From assembly GCA_020073005.1 (NCBI GenBank), contig JAIQFX010000007.1, positions 51,712 to 115,711 on the forward strand: DNA of 64,000 bases, written 5' to 3'. The notes under the pieces were generated by a model. That model was given only the letters and a program-made list of their open reading frames with translations, was not told where the DNA came from and did not search any database. The position numbers were made by a program, and so were the translations under genes. Source of the stretch: Terriglobia bacterium. Its GTDB lineage: Bacteria; Acidobacteriota; Vicinamibacteria; Vicinamibacterales; CAVVIG01. Below, piece after piece: positions 1 to 9,238 of the stretch; positions within the stretch are counted from its first letter, which is position 1, and each line of letters opens with the position of its first letter.

Positions 1-15
1 ACATCGCACCCTCTC

Positions 16-64
16 TTCTGCCTTCTGCCTTCTAACTTCTAACTTCTAACTTCTAACTTCTAAA
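16..64. repeat. Heptamer tandem array (TTCTGCC)x2-(TTCTAAC)x4-TTCTAAA
   Basis: Read directly: strict 7-nt period over 16-64; the hypF stop codon (cta at 60-62, minus strand TAG) lies inside the last units. Confidence 0.9.
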
Positions 65-2390
65 TTCCCGCTTGGGCATCGGCGATCAGGGCTTGCCCAA
101 GCGCGATCCCGCCGTCGCCGGGCGGCACCGACTGCTGCAACAGCACCGTGTGCTCGGGCGCGAGCGCCGCGCGCACGCCTTCAGCGAGCCGCGCGTTCTG
201 AAAACAGCCGCCCGACGCCACGATCGGCAGCGCGCCGACCCGCTTCACCGTCCGCCGGACGACGGCCGCCGTCGCTTCCGCGAGCGTGTTGTGAAACGCG
301 GCGGCGATCGTCGAGACCGGTTCGCCGTGCACGCGATCCAACAGCGCGTCGCGGACGGCCGGCCGCAGATCGACCTCGCAGCACCCGTCGCGCTCGTCGA
401 GCGCGAAGCGATAACTCCGTCCCATGCGCGGATCCGCGGCCTGATTCCACTCGAGCGCCACCTGCCCTTCGAAGCTCGCGCGCGTCCGGCCGAGGAACAG
501 CGCGCCGAAGCCGTCAAAGTACCGCCCGACACCGCGCGCCAGCGGCGCCGGGCCGCCCGCCCGCAGGAACTGGCAGATCAGATCGATCTCGCGCACCGGC
601 ACGTCGCCGAGCATCTCCAACGCTTCCGCGGGCAGATCGCCGCCGCAGGCGTCGAGCACGAGGGCGAGCGCCACGCGCCACGGCTCGCGAATCGCGTGAT
701 CGCCGCCCGCGAGGGCAATCGGCCGGAACGTCGCCGCGCGCTCGAAGCCGGCGGCGCTCGCGACGAGAACTTCCCCGCCCCACATCGTGCCGTCGGTGCC
801 GTAGCCGGTGCCGTCGTACGCGAGGCCGATGACCGGGCCGTCGAGGCCGTGCTCCGCCATCGCGCTGACGATGTGCGCGTGGTGGTGCTGCACGGCGATC
901 TTGATGCGCTCGGGCCGGCTCTTCGCATACGTCGTCGACAGATAGTCCGGATGCATGTCGTACGCGATCACGTCCGGATGGACCTGAAGGAACGTCTCCA
1001 TCCGCGCGATCGCGCTCGTGTAGGACTCGTAGGTCTCGAGATTCTCGAGGTCGCCGATGTGCGGCCCGAGCCAGGCGCTCGCGCCCGCGCCGACGCAGAA
1101 CGTGTTCTTGAGCAGCGCGCCGCACGCGAGCACCGGGCGCGCGAAGCCGCGCGCGAGCGTGACCGCCCGCGGCACGTAGCCGCGCGACCGCCGCAGGACC
1201 GTGCCTCGCCCGTCGACGATCGCGACGACCGAGTCGTCCGCGCGCGTGACGATCTCGCGGTCGTGCAGGAGGAACAGATCCGCGATCTCGCCGAGCCGCG
1301 TGACCGCATCGTCGTTCGTGAACGCAATCGGCTCGTCCGACAGGTTGCCCGACGTCATGACGAGCGGCCGGCCCGCGTCGGCCAGCAGTAGATGATGCAG
1401 CGGCGAGTACGGCAGGAGGACGCCGAGCAGGCGATTGCGCGGCGCAACACACTCCGAAACGTGCGCGTTTACAGAGCCTCGTTTCAGCAACAGCACGATC
1501 GGCCGCTCGACCGACGTCAGCAGCCGCCGCGCTTCATCGTCCACGTCGACCAGCGCGGCCGCCGCCCGGAGGTCCTTCACCATCACCGCGAGCGGCTTCT
1601 CGTCGCGATGCTTTCGCTGCCGCAGAATTCGGACGGCGCCGTCCGACGTCGCGTCGCAGGCCAGATGGAATCCGCCGATGCCTTTGATCGCGACGATCAA
1701 GCCATGGCTCAGCGCCTCGGCCGCCGACGCGATCGGATCGTCGACGTCGATGAGACCGCCGTCGTGCGCGTGCAGCGTCAGCCGCGGGCCGCACACGGGA
1801 CACGCGTTCGGCTGCGCGTGGAACCTCCGGTCGGCGACGTCCTCGTACTCGCGCCGGCACGCCGGACACATCTCGAACGGCGCCATCGTCGTCGTCGCGC
1901 GGTCGTAGGGAATGTCGCGCGCGATCGTGAAGCGCGGGCCGCAGTTCGTGCAGTTCGTGAACGGATACCGGTAGCGGCGATCGGCCGGATCGAAGATCTC
2001 GCCGACGCAGTCGTCGCAGGTCGCGAGTTCGGGGGGAATCGAGACGCGCCGCTCGACCACGACGTCGCTCGGCACGATGACGAAATCGGTCACCGGTTCG
2101 GGATCGATGACCGTGAAGTCGAACGCGAGAATGTGCGCGGCGGGCGGAGGGAAATGCAGCGCGTCCATGAAGCGGCTGAGGCGGGCATCGTCGGCAAACG
2201 CCTCGATGGTCACGCCGGCCGAATCGTTCCGCACGCGGCCCGCGACGCCCGTCTGGCGAGCCGTCCTGTAGACCCAGGGCCGGAATCCAACGCCCTGCAC
2301 CGTGCCCTGGATTCGAATGCGTCTGCCCTGGACATGCTCACGCCGCTCTGAGCCTGTCGAAGAGCGCCCCTCCACCTGCGCGGCAGCCAT
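60..2390 (-). CDS. hypF: [NiFe] hydrogenase maturation carbamoyltransferase HypF
   Basis: 776-aa ORF from ATG 2390. It has an acylphosphatase-like N-terminus (IRIQGTVQGVGFRPWV), two zinc-finger pairs (CDDC..CTNCGPR, CPAC..CPVCGPR), and YrdC-like and Kae1-like C-terminal regions. Confidence 0.93.
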   Translation of the reverse strand: MAAAQVEGRSSTGSERREHVQGRRIRIQGTVQGVGFRPWVYRTARQTGVAGRVRNDSAGVTIEAFADDARLSRFMDALHFPPPAAHILAFDFTVIDPEPVTDFVIVPSDVVVERRVSIPPELATCDDCVGEIFDPADRRYRYPFTNCTNCGPRFTIARDIPYDRATTTMAPFEMCPACRREYEDVADRRFHAQPNACPVCGPRLTLHAHDGGLIDVDDPIASAAEALSHGLIVAIKGIGGFHLACDATSDGAVRILRQRKHRDEKPLAVMVKDLRAAAALVDVDDEARRLLTSVERPIVLLLKRGSVNAHVSECVAPRNRLLGVLLPYSPLHHLLLADAGRPLVMTSGNLSDEPIAFTNDDAVTRLGEIADLFLLHDREIVTRADDSVVAIVDGRGTVLRRSRGYVPRAVTLARGFARPVLACGALLKNTFCVGAGASAWLGPHIGDLENLETYESYTSAIARMETFLQVHPDVIAYDMHPDYLSTTYAKSRPERIKIAVQHHHAHIVSAMAEHGLDGPVIGLAYDGTGYGTDGTMWGGEVLVASAAGFERAATFRPIALAGGDHAIREPWRVALALVLDACGGDLPAEALEMLGDVPVREIDLICQFLRAGGPAPLARGVGRYFDGFGALFLGRTRASFEGQVALEWNQAADPRMGRSYRFALDERDGCCEVDLRPAVRDALLDRVHGEPVSTIAAAFHNTLAEATAAVVRRTVKRVGALPIVASGGCFQNARLAEGVRAALAPEHTVLLQQSVPPGDGGIALGQALIADAQAGI

Positions 2391-2490
2391 AATCGTGCGC
2401 CAGTACCGAAGGCAAGAGAACTGCCAGCGAGATTCGTTCGAATTGTGTGGAATTCGAGAGGGCGTGCCGAAAATCCGGCAGGAGACGAAT

Positions 2491-2525
2491 AGTCGTTAGT
2501 CGTTGGTCGTTGGTCGTTGGTCGTT
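2491..2525. repeat. Heptamer tandem array (AGTCGTT)x2-(GGTCGTT)x3
   Basis: Read directly; the array ends on the permease stop codon (tta 2524-2526) and lies about 100 nt upstream of the hypF start. Confidence 0.9.
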
Positions 2526-4872
2526 ACTCGGACCGCAGGACCTCGATGGGGTCGACGCGGATCGCTCGCAGTGCCGGGCCGAGCGTCGCGAGCAGCACGG
2601 CGCCGGTGAGAACGACACCCACGCCTACCCACACCCGCACGTCGAGTGCGTTGAGCAACAGGAGATCGCGCCAGACGGCGGCCGTCACCCACACTGTTCC
2701 GACCACACCAACAGCGATGCCCGCGATGACCAGCGGCGCGTCGCGCGCGACGGCGGTCGCGACAAGGCGCCGCGGATCCGCGCCGAGGGCCAGCCGTATC
2801 CCGAGCTCGACGAGCCGCAGCGCACACGACTGGCTCATCGCCGCGTAGACGCCGGTGAACGCGAGCACAAGGGACAGCACCGCCACCGCGCCAAGCACAT
2901 CGATCACGAACCACACGCCATCGCTCGTGACGCGCGCCTCGAAGGTGCTCCAGGCGTCGGTCGCGATGCCTGGCACAGCACGAAGCGTGGGTCCTTCGAT
3001 AGGTAGGGCGGGTCCTTTCGGACCCGCCGCCGTGCGCGCGAGCAGATACACGCTCGCCGGCCACTCGCGCGCGCCCACGATCCACACGTACGCGGCGGCA
3101 TCAGCCGTCCCGGAGATCGTCGACGCGAACGGATCGGTCACGACTCCCGTCACGGGAATCCACTCCGTCATGCGCGCGTCGACGGTCGCGCGAACGTGAG
3201 CGTCGCCGGCCAGGTCGCCGCCGAGGCATCGTGCCGCGGCGCTTTCGCTCACGATCGCGACGATGCCGGGTGCCACCCGTCCGCGCTGAAAGGCCAATCC
3301 GAGCGCGCTGAAGAACGCCGGCGTCACAGAGGCGACTTTCACCCGGCACTTCGTCTCCCCGGCCGGTGTTGCGACGGCGACTTCCACTCGCTGCTGGCCG
3401 CCGAGTTGCGGAAGCGTGCTCGACAACGCCGCGGCGTCGATGCCGGCCGCGCCGCGCGCCTCGTCGAGCAGGCGCTCGAACGCGCCGGCGCGCGCGGCCG
3501 CGGCAAGCGTCTTGCCGGCGGTGATCTGCGAGACGATCGCGCGATCGCCGGACGGCGGACGGCTCACGCGGCCGATCTCGTCGCCCATGCGCACGATGAA
3601 CGCGCTCGTCAGCACGAGGGCGACGGCGAGCCCGACCTGCACGACGACGAGCACGTCACCCGCGCCGTACTGGAACCGCCTGAAGATCGGCCGGCGTGTC
3701 CGGCCTGTCAGCGCCGACAGGACGTCAGAACGCGCTGCGGAAAGCGCCGGCCACGGTCCGACGCCGAGAACGGTGACGATCGTCGCGACACCCGCGACGG
3801 CCACCACGAGCGCATCCACGCGCACGGCGCCCGCGAGCGCTGGAATGGCGGAGGCGAGGGCGACGCGCAGCGCGGCGATCGCCCACACGGCGAAGATCAA
3901 GCCCGCTGCGCCGGCGACGGCGATCAGCATCGACGCTTCGACGAACGAGAGCCGCGCCAGCCGGAGCGGCGTCGCGCCGAGCGCCGATCGGATAGCGAAT
4001 TCGCGCCGGCGCGCAACGAGACGCATCACCAGGAGATTGCCGACGTTCGCGCACGCGATGAGCAGCAGCACGATCGCCGGCGCGACGAAGCCCTGCAGGC
4101 CGGGCCGAAGCCTGATGAACCCTTCCTGCTGGAGCGACCGCACGAGCGTGCGCGACTGGGCGAGCACGTTGAACTCCGCCTGCGCGTCGCTCCACGATCG
4201 TCCGGGCCGCAGGCGGCCGACGACGTCGACCGTCGCGTGTCCGTCGAGGGCGAGCGGCAGCCACACATCCACGCCGCGCGACGGGAACCAGAAGTCGTCG
4301 GGCATGACGCCGGCGATCTCTCGCGGTTCGGCGTCGAGACGGACCGATTGGCCGACGATCGCCGGATCGCTGTTGAAACGCTCGCGCCACAAGCGGTCGC
4401 TGATGATGGCGACGGTCCGGCTGAAGCCGGACGCCACGAGCCCGCCACCGTGTGCGCTCGCATCGGTGAACGGCCGGCCCAGCCGTGGCGATCGGCCCGT
4501 CAGCCGGAAGTACTCAGACGTGACGAACTGAACGTTGACGGCGACGCCGTCGGAATCGCCGAGAATTGCCTGCTCGCGCGCGACCGCGGTCAGGTTCGCG
4601 AGCGTCTGCGTGGAATCCTGCCACGCGAGAAACTCCGCAACCGACGCGGATCGATGACCGGCGGGCATCGTCTCGTCGGCGAACCAGACGTGGCCCACCT
4701 CGTCCGGCGCAGTGATGGGCGGCACGTCGTGAACGACGGCCGCGAACAGCGCGCCGAGCACCGTGGCTGTCGCGATCGCCGACGCAAGAATCGCGACGAC
4801 GGCGAACGCCGCCGCCGGACGCTTCAGGAAGCTCCGCCAGCCGAAGCGGACGTCCCGCCAGAAGGAATTCAT
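2524..4872 (-). CDS. ADOP-type (duplicated FtsX/MacB-like) ABC transporter permease
   Basis: Start taken at internal ATG 4872 (MNSFWRDVRFGWRSFLKRP...), about 782 aa. Two FtsX-like 4-TM modules with large periplasmic loops; C-terminus RAIRVDPIEVLRSE. The Arg-rich 125-aa upstream ORF extension is rejected. The start overlaps the hybD stop by 1 nt (TGATG). Confidence 0.8.
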   Translation of the reverse strand: MNSFWRDVRFGWRSFLKRPAAAFAVVAILASAIATATVLGALFAAVVHDVPPITAPDEVGHVWFADETMPAGHRSASVAEFLAWQDSTQTLANLTAVAREQAILGDSDGVAVNVQFVTSEYFRLTGRSPRLGRPFTDASAHGGGLVASGFSRTVAIISDRLWRERFNSDPAIVGQSVRLDAEPREIAGVMPDDFWFPSRGVDVWLPLALDGHATVDVVGRLRPGRSWSDAQAEFNVLAQSRTLVRSLQQEGFIRLRPGLQGFVAPAIVLLLIACANVGNLLVMRLVARRREFAIRSALGATPLRLARLSFVEASMLIAVAGAAGLIFAVWAIAALRVALASAIPALAGAVRVDALVVAVAGVATIVTVLGVGPWPALSAARSDVLSALTGRTRRPIFRRFQYGAGDVLVVVQVGLAVALVLTSAFIVRMGDEIGRVSRPPSGDRAIVSQITAGKTLAAAARAGAFERLLDEARGAAGIDAAALSSTLPQLGGQQRVEVAVATPAGETKCRVKVASVTPAFFSALGLAFQRGRVAPGIVAIVSESAAARCLGGDLAGDAHVRATVDARMTEWIPVTGVVTDPFASTISGTADAAAYVWIVGAREWPASVYLLARTAAGPKGPALPIEGPTLRAVPGIATDAWSTFEARVTSDGVWFVIDVLGAVAVLSLVLAFTGVYAAMSQSCALRLVELGIRLALGADPRRLVATAVARDAPLVIAGIAVGVVGTVWVTAAVWRDLLLLNALDVRVWVGVGVVLTGAVLLATLGPALRAIRVDPIEVLRSE
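4415..4432. repeat. REP-like hairpin GTCCGGC-TGAA-GCCGGAC (copy 1 of 3), inside the permease CDS
   Basis: 18-nt palindromic hairpin followed by GCCAC. A near-identical copy is at 42665-42682 and an inverted variant at 18959-18976. Here it encodes VASGFSRTV on the minus strand. Confidence 0.75.
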
Positions 4873-5393
4873 CACACGTGGCGATCTTGCCACCAGGGAG
4901 CCGGTCCGGGCTCGGCGTGCACGTGCGCCACCGGGACGCCGAAGCGGCGCAGCGTGCCGGCGATGACTTCGACGGCCGCAGGCACGGCGTCGCGCACCGG
5001 GTCGGTGAGTTCGAGCGCCATCCCTACGTCGCCGGGAACGACGCCCACGAGCACGACGTCGCGAGGGCCGCGGCCGGCGAACTCGAGCGTCAGCAGCGCT
5101 TCCTTCACGCCGGGATCGTGGGGACCGACGCGGACGGAAGGCGCATGGTGGAGGATTTCCTTCTTGTCGTACACGCGCAACGTGCCGGGCCGCGCGTCGC
5201 TCTTGATCGTGTCGACGATGATCACGGCGTGGGCATCGTAGAGCCACGGCATCATGTCGAGGCCCGGCGTGCCGACATCGACGACCTCGACGTCGGCGCC
5301 GACAACGTGCGTGGCCGAGAACTCGCGCACGACCGTCGGCCCGAACCCATCGTCGCCCATCAGCACGTTGCCGAGGCCGAGCACGTAGATCAT
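4872..5393 (-). CDS. hybD: Hydrogenase maturation endopeptidase (HybD/HyaD family)
   Basis: 173 aa from MIYVLGLGNVLMGDDGFG (conserved GNxxxxDDG region). ATGA overlap with the large-subunit stop at 5393-5395. Confidence 0.85.
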   Translation of the reverse strand: MIYVLGLGNVLMGDDGFGPTVVREFSATHVVGADVEVVDVGTPGLDMMPWLYDAHAVIIVDTIKSDARPGTLRVYDKKEILHHAPSVRVGPHDPGVKEALLTLEFAGRGPRDVVLVGVVPGDVGMALELTDPVRDAVPAAVEVIAGTLRRFGVPVAHVHAEPGPAPWWQDRHV

Positions 5394-7093
5394 CAGAGCG
5401 CCTTCACGTTCGCGATTTCGTTCCCCTCGACGTCGAGCGTGTGGATCGCGCAGGCGATACACGGATCGAACGAGTGGATCGTGCGGAGGACCTCGAGCGG
5501 CTTCTCCGGATCCGCGATCGGGTTGCCGACGAGCGCCGCCTCGTACGGTCCCGCCTGGTTCTTCGCGTCGCGCGGTCCGGCGTTCCACGTCGACGGCACG
5601 ACCGCCTGGTAGTTCTTGATCTTGCCGTCCTCGATCACGATCCAGTGCGACAGCGTGCCGCGCGGCGCTTCGTGGAAGCCGAAGCCCTGCTGCTCGCCCT
5701 TCGGGAACACCGGCTCGTTGAAGATCCGCGTGTCGCCCTTGCCGATGTTCTCGGCGAGCAGGCCCCAGTGCTTGTCGGCGAGCTCGGAGATGACGCACGT
5801 GCGAATCATGCGCGCGGCGTGGCGGCCGAGCGTCGAGTGCAGGACCGCGGGCGTGAGCGTGACGCCGGCGACCTTGCCCGCCGTCTCGAGCGTCTTCTTC
5901 GCCCAGCGCACGGTCGGCTCGTGGCCCTGCGCGAAGCCGACGAGCACCTGCGCGAGCGGTCCGACCTGCATGACGTGGCCATCGAAGCGCGGCGACTTGA
6001 TCCACGAGTACTTGCCGTCGGCGCTGTAGGGCGAGTACTTCGGGACGGTGTCTTCCTCGTACGGGTGGCGCTGCCAGTCGCCGTCGTACCACGAGTGGGC
6101 GATCGACTCCGACACGTTCTTCTGGAAGTACGGATCTTCGAACGACGCGATCGGCGTCACCTTCGCGAGATCGCCGTTGAAGATCGTCCCGCCCGGCAAA
6201 TCAAATGTGGTCGCCTTCGCATCGGTCGGAAGATCCGGCACGGCGAGGTAGTTCGTCACACCGGCGCCGTGCCCCAGCCAGGGGGCGTACATCGCGCCGA
6301 TGGCGCAGACGTCCACGAAGTACACTTGCTGGATGAACTGCTTCGCCGAATCCAGCAGATCCTTCACCTGATAGAGCCGCGCCATGTTCAGCGTGGCGTC
6401 GTTGTCCAGATTGATCGCGTTGGCGACGCCGCCGACGGCGAGGTTCTGGATGTTCGGCGTCTTGCTGCCGAGGATCGCCACCACCTGATTCACCGTGCGC
6501 TGGTACTCGAGCGCCTGCAGGTAGTGCGACACGGCGAGCAGATTCACCTCCGGTGAAAGCTTCATCGCCGGGTGGCCCCAGTACCCGTTGGTGAAAATCC
6601 CGAGCTGGCCCTTGGCGACAAAGCCGGCCAGCCTGTCCTTCACTGCCTGGAACTGCTTGCTGCTGTTACCAGGCCAGTCCGACAGGCTGGCGGCGAGCGC
6701 GGCCGTCTTCGGCACGTCGGCCTTCAGCGCCGAGACGACATCCACCCAGTCGAGGGCGGAGAGTTGATAGAAGTGGACGATGTGATCGTGCATCGCGTGC
6801 GCGGCGACGATCAGGTTGCGGATGTACTGCGCGTTGGGCGGGATCTCGAGCTTCAGCGCGTTCTCGACCGCGCGCACCGACGTGATGGCGTGCACCGTCG
6901 TGCACACGCCGCAGAAGCGCTGCGTGAAGAGCCAGGCCTCGCGCGGGTCGCGGCCGACGAGAATCCGCTCGATGCCCCGGAACATCTGTCCCGACGACCA
7001 GGCTTTCTTCACGACACCGCCATCGACCTCGACGTCGATGCGCAGATGCCCCTCGATGCGCGTAATGGGATCGACGGTGATGTGAGTGGACAT
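5393..7093 (-). CDS. hybC: [NiFe] hydrogenase large subunit, group 1 (Hyb-like)
   Basis: 566 aa. Motifs: RIEGH, QRFCGVCTTVH (N-terminal CxxC Ni ligands) and C-terminal DPCIACAIH, followed by a 15-aa tail of the kind cleaved by the protease. Confidence 0.93.
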   Translation of the reverse strand: MSTHITVDPITRIEGHLRIDVEVDGGVVKKAWSSGQMFRGIERILVGRDPREAWLFTQRFCGVCTTVHAITSVRAVENALKLEIPPNAQYIRNLIVAAHAMHDHIVHFYQLSALDWVDVVSALKADVPKTAALAASLSDWPGNSSKQFQAVKDRLAGFVAKGQLGIFTNGYWGHPAMKLSPEVNLLAVSHYLQALEYQRTVNQVVAILGSKTPNIQNLAVGGVANAINLDNDATLNMARLYQVKDLLDSAKQFIQQVYFVDVCAIGAMYAPWLGHGAGVTNYLAVPDLPTDAKATTFDLPGGTIFNGDLAKVTPIASFEDPYFQKNVSESIAHSWYDGDWQRHPYEEDTVPKYSPYSADGKYSWIKSPRFDGHVMQVGPLAQVLVGFAQGHEPTVRWAKKTLETAGKVAGVTLTPAVLHSTLGRHAARMIRTCVISELADKHWGLLAENIGKGDTRIFNEPVFPKGEQQGFGFHEAPRGTLSHWIVIEDGKIKNYQAVVPSTWNAGPRDAKNQAGPYEAALVGNPIADPEKPLEVLRTIHSFDPCIACAIHTLDVEGNEIANVKAL

Positions 7094-7101
7094 AAGACGC
7101 T

Positions 7102-7158
7102 CTCAGCTATCGGCTAGCAGCCCTCAGCTATCAGCTCGCAGCCCTCAACCCTGAAACC
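7102..7158. repeat. 21-nt (3x7) unit CTCAGCTATCRGCTNGCAGCC x2 plus CTCAACCCTGAAACC
   Basis: Read directly. It overlaps the last ~9 codons and the stop (7131-7133) of hybB and fills most of the hybB-hybC spacer. It shares CTCAGCTATCAGCT with the 27212-27332 repeat. Confidence 0.85.
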
Positions 7159-8357
7159 AGTCCGGGCGGGCCGGCGGCCACCGGCGCGCCGCTCAGAATC
7201 GGGAATCGCTTGACGATCGCAAGATACGCGGCCACTTCGACCGCAATCAGGCCCAGCGTGACGAGCGTCTCGAACGCGGACGGGAAGTACGAGAACTGCG
7301 GGCCGGGATTGAATCCGACCAGGAAGACGTCGAACCGGTACAGCGTGCCGGCCACCATCATCATCAGCGCGCTCAGGAACTGAATGCCCGGATCGCGCCG
7401 CCAGTCCTTCGGCGCCAGGAGAATCGCCGGCGTGATGAACGCCGCCATTTCGAGCCAGAAGAACAGCGCGTACCGATCGGGAGTGAAGGCGAGGCCGATG
7501 CGCTGGCGCGAGATCAGGTCCACGAGCCGCATGCCGACCAGCGTCGTGAGCACGCCGACCATGACGCCCGAGAGCGACGTCAGCATCTTGTGCTCGTGCG
7601 GCCGCTTGAACAGCCGCGCCGACACGGTCGCCTCGAACACGACGACCGCGTAGCCCATCGCGATGCACGAGACGACGAACATCAGCGGCAGCAGCGGCGT
7701 GAACCAGAGCTGGTGCAGCTTGCTCACGCCGATCAGCATCAGCGCGCCGAGCGACGAATGGTGCATCGTCGGCAGGAGGATGCCGAGCGCCATGAACCAC
7801 AACAGCGTGCGGTTCAGGAACGGCGTCAGCCGCTCCGCGATGCCGCGCAGCAGCGGCGACGTGCTGTCGCGCCAGCGCTCGATGAACGCCGGCGAGATCT
7901 CGATCCAGAGCACGACCGTATACGCGCTGATGCACAGCGCGACCTCGAGGAGGATCGAGTTGCGGTTCCAGTTGAGGAGGAACGGCGCTTTCCAGATGTT
8001 CCAGTACCGCCCGAGGTCGAGCAGCACGGCGAAGCCGGCGAGCGAGTAGCCGAGCGCGCTGGTCAGCACCGCCGGCCGCACGAGACTGTGATACTGGCCC
8101 TTGTTCAGCACGTAGCACAGCAGCGCGACGGCGTAGCCGCCGCAGGCGAGCGCGGTGCCGGACACGACGTCGTACGCGATCCAGATTCCCCACGGGTAGC
8201 CGTCGTTCATCGCCGACACGGCGCCGAGGCCCCGAAACAGCCGCCAGACGATCACGAGCCCGCACGCGCCGACGATGGCGAGCAGGGCGTTGAATCCGGC
8301 CGTGAAGATCGGCCCGCCGACCGGACGCGCGTCACCGTTCAACTCCGCGGCTCTCAC
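7131..8357 (-). CDS. hybB: Hydrogenase membrane subunit, NrfD/HybB family
   Basis: 408 aa with about 10 predicted TM helices. Position between hybA and hybC as in E. coli hybOABCD. GTG start in a GTGA overlap with the hybA stop. Confidence 0.8.
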   Translation of the reverse strand: MRAAELNGDARPVGGPIFTAGFNALLAIVGACGLVIVWRLFRGLGAVSAMNDGYPWGIWIAYDVVSGTALACGGYAVALLCYVLNKGQYHSLVRPAVLTSALGYSLAGFAVLLDLGRYWNIWKAPFLLNWNRNSILLEVALCISAYTVVLWIEISPAFIERWRDSTSPLLRGIAERLTPFLNRTLLWFMALGILLPTMHHSSLGALMLIGVSKLHQLWFTPLLPLMFVVSCIAMGYAVVVFEATVSARLFKRPHEHKMLTSLSGVMVGVLTTLVGMRLVDLISRQRIGLAFTPDRYALFFWLEMAAFITPAILLAPKDWRRDPGIQFLSALMMMVAGTLYRFDVFLVGFNPGPQFSYFPSAFETLVTLGLIAVEVAAYLAIVKRFPILSGAPVAAGPPGLVSGLRAAS

Positions 8358-9238
8358 GGCTGGCCCTCCTGGCTCTCTTCGGTCAGCTTTCTGTTCCTGA
8401 ACATCACCACCGCCAGCGCGCCGTAGAGCACGACCGGCGCGATGAAACCCTGATAGATGGCGTGCTGCAGGTTCTCGGTGAAGTACGGAATGGCCTGGTC
8501 GCCGAGCGCCGGCAGTCCGAGCGCCGCAAACGAGACGCTCGAGAGATACAGCACCTGCGTCCCGCCGGCCTCGTGCTCGCCGTAGACCGTCGGGACGTAG
8601 CGATCGGGTGACGCGGCGATGCGGTGATGCGCTTCACGCAGCAGATCGCTCCGCTTGCCGAAGATCACGGCCTTGCGCGGGCACACCGCCGTGCACGCGG
8701 GTTCCTTGCCCTCGGCGAGGCGATCGCGGCACAGCTCGCACTTGACGATCTTGGGCGTCGCGCTCGCCCACTCGAACTTCGGCACGTCGAACGGGCAGGC
8801 GACCTGGCAGTAGCGGCAGCCGATGCACGCGTCCTTGTCGTACGCGACGATGCCGCCGGCGGTCTTGTGGAGCGCGCTGAACATGCAGACCGACACGCAC
8901 GCGGGATCGACGCAGTGCATGCACTGCGTCTTCACGTACCCGTGCGCGTCGCCCGTGTTCCACAGCTTGATGATGGTCTTGGTGTGCGCGTTGAGATCCG
9001 TCGGCGCGTCGTACGCGGCGCCGCGAAGCGACGTCGGCTGCGGCGCGAGGCCGTTCGCGTCTCGGCACGCGGTCACGCACGCGCGGCATCCGATGCACTG
9101 CGTGCTGTCGTAGAGAAGACCGACGGCCTCCGGGTCGGGGCGCTTGGGCGGCAGCGCGGCGCGCGCCGTGCCTCCCGTCGCGGCGACGGCGCCGGCGGTC
9201 AGGAGCCCTTTGAGCGCGGTGCGTCTACTGATCGACAT
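8354..9238 (-). CDS. hybA: Hydrogenase 4Fe-4S ferredoxin-type subunit (HybA-like), Tat-exported
   Basis: Tat motif SRRTALKG. Four Fe-S Cys clusters (CIGCRACVTAC, CMHCVDPACVSVC, CIGCRYCQVACP, CELC..CTAVCP). C-terminal TM helix. Confidence 0.87.
   Translation of the reverse strand: MSISRRTALKGLLTAGAVAATGGTARAALPPKRPDPEAVGLLYDSTQCIGCRACVTACRDANGLAPQPTSLRGAAYDAPTDLNAHTKTIIKLWNTGDAHGYVKTQCMHCVDPACVSVCMFSALHKTAGGIVAYDKDACIGCRYCQVACPFDVPKFEWASATPKIVKCELCRDRLAEGKEPACTAVCPRKAVIFGKRSDLLREAHHRIAASPDRYVPTVYGEHEAGGTQVLYLSSVSFAALGLPALGDQAIPYFTENLQHAIYQGFIAPVVLYGALAVVMFRNRKLTEESQEGQP

Noticed and set aside
72-1391. Long antisense or out-of-frame ORFs throughout the window (e.g. 72-1391, 3196-5241, 11625-14081, 18985-21408, 24596-26119, 33556-36300, 36604-38640, 43263-44618, 49772-51250, 57695-59203)
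   Set aside because: Their translations are Arg/Ala/Gly/Pro-rich low-complexity strings without motifs. Each lies opposite or out of frame to a gene with clear family signatures. This is the expected stop-codon-poor artefact of ~70% GC DNA.
4873-5247. N-terminal 125-aa extension of the permease ORF (and similar extensions at 5394-6092, 14067-14258, 17086-17253, 27054-27182, 29646-30023, 49689-50075, 54035-54163, 57862-58326)
   Set aside because: The extensions are Arg-rich, overlap the upstream gene in another frame, and precede an internal start with a proper signal/TM N-terminus, an SD or a 4-nt overlap junction. The internal starts were adopted.
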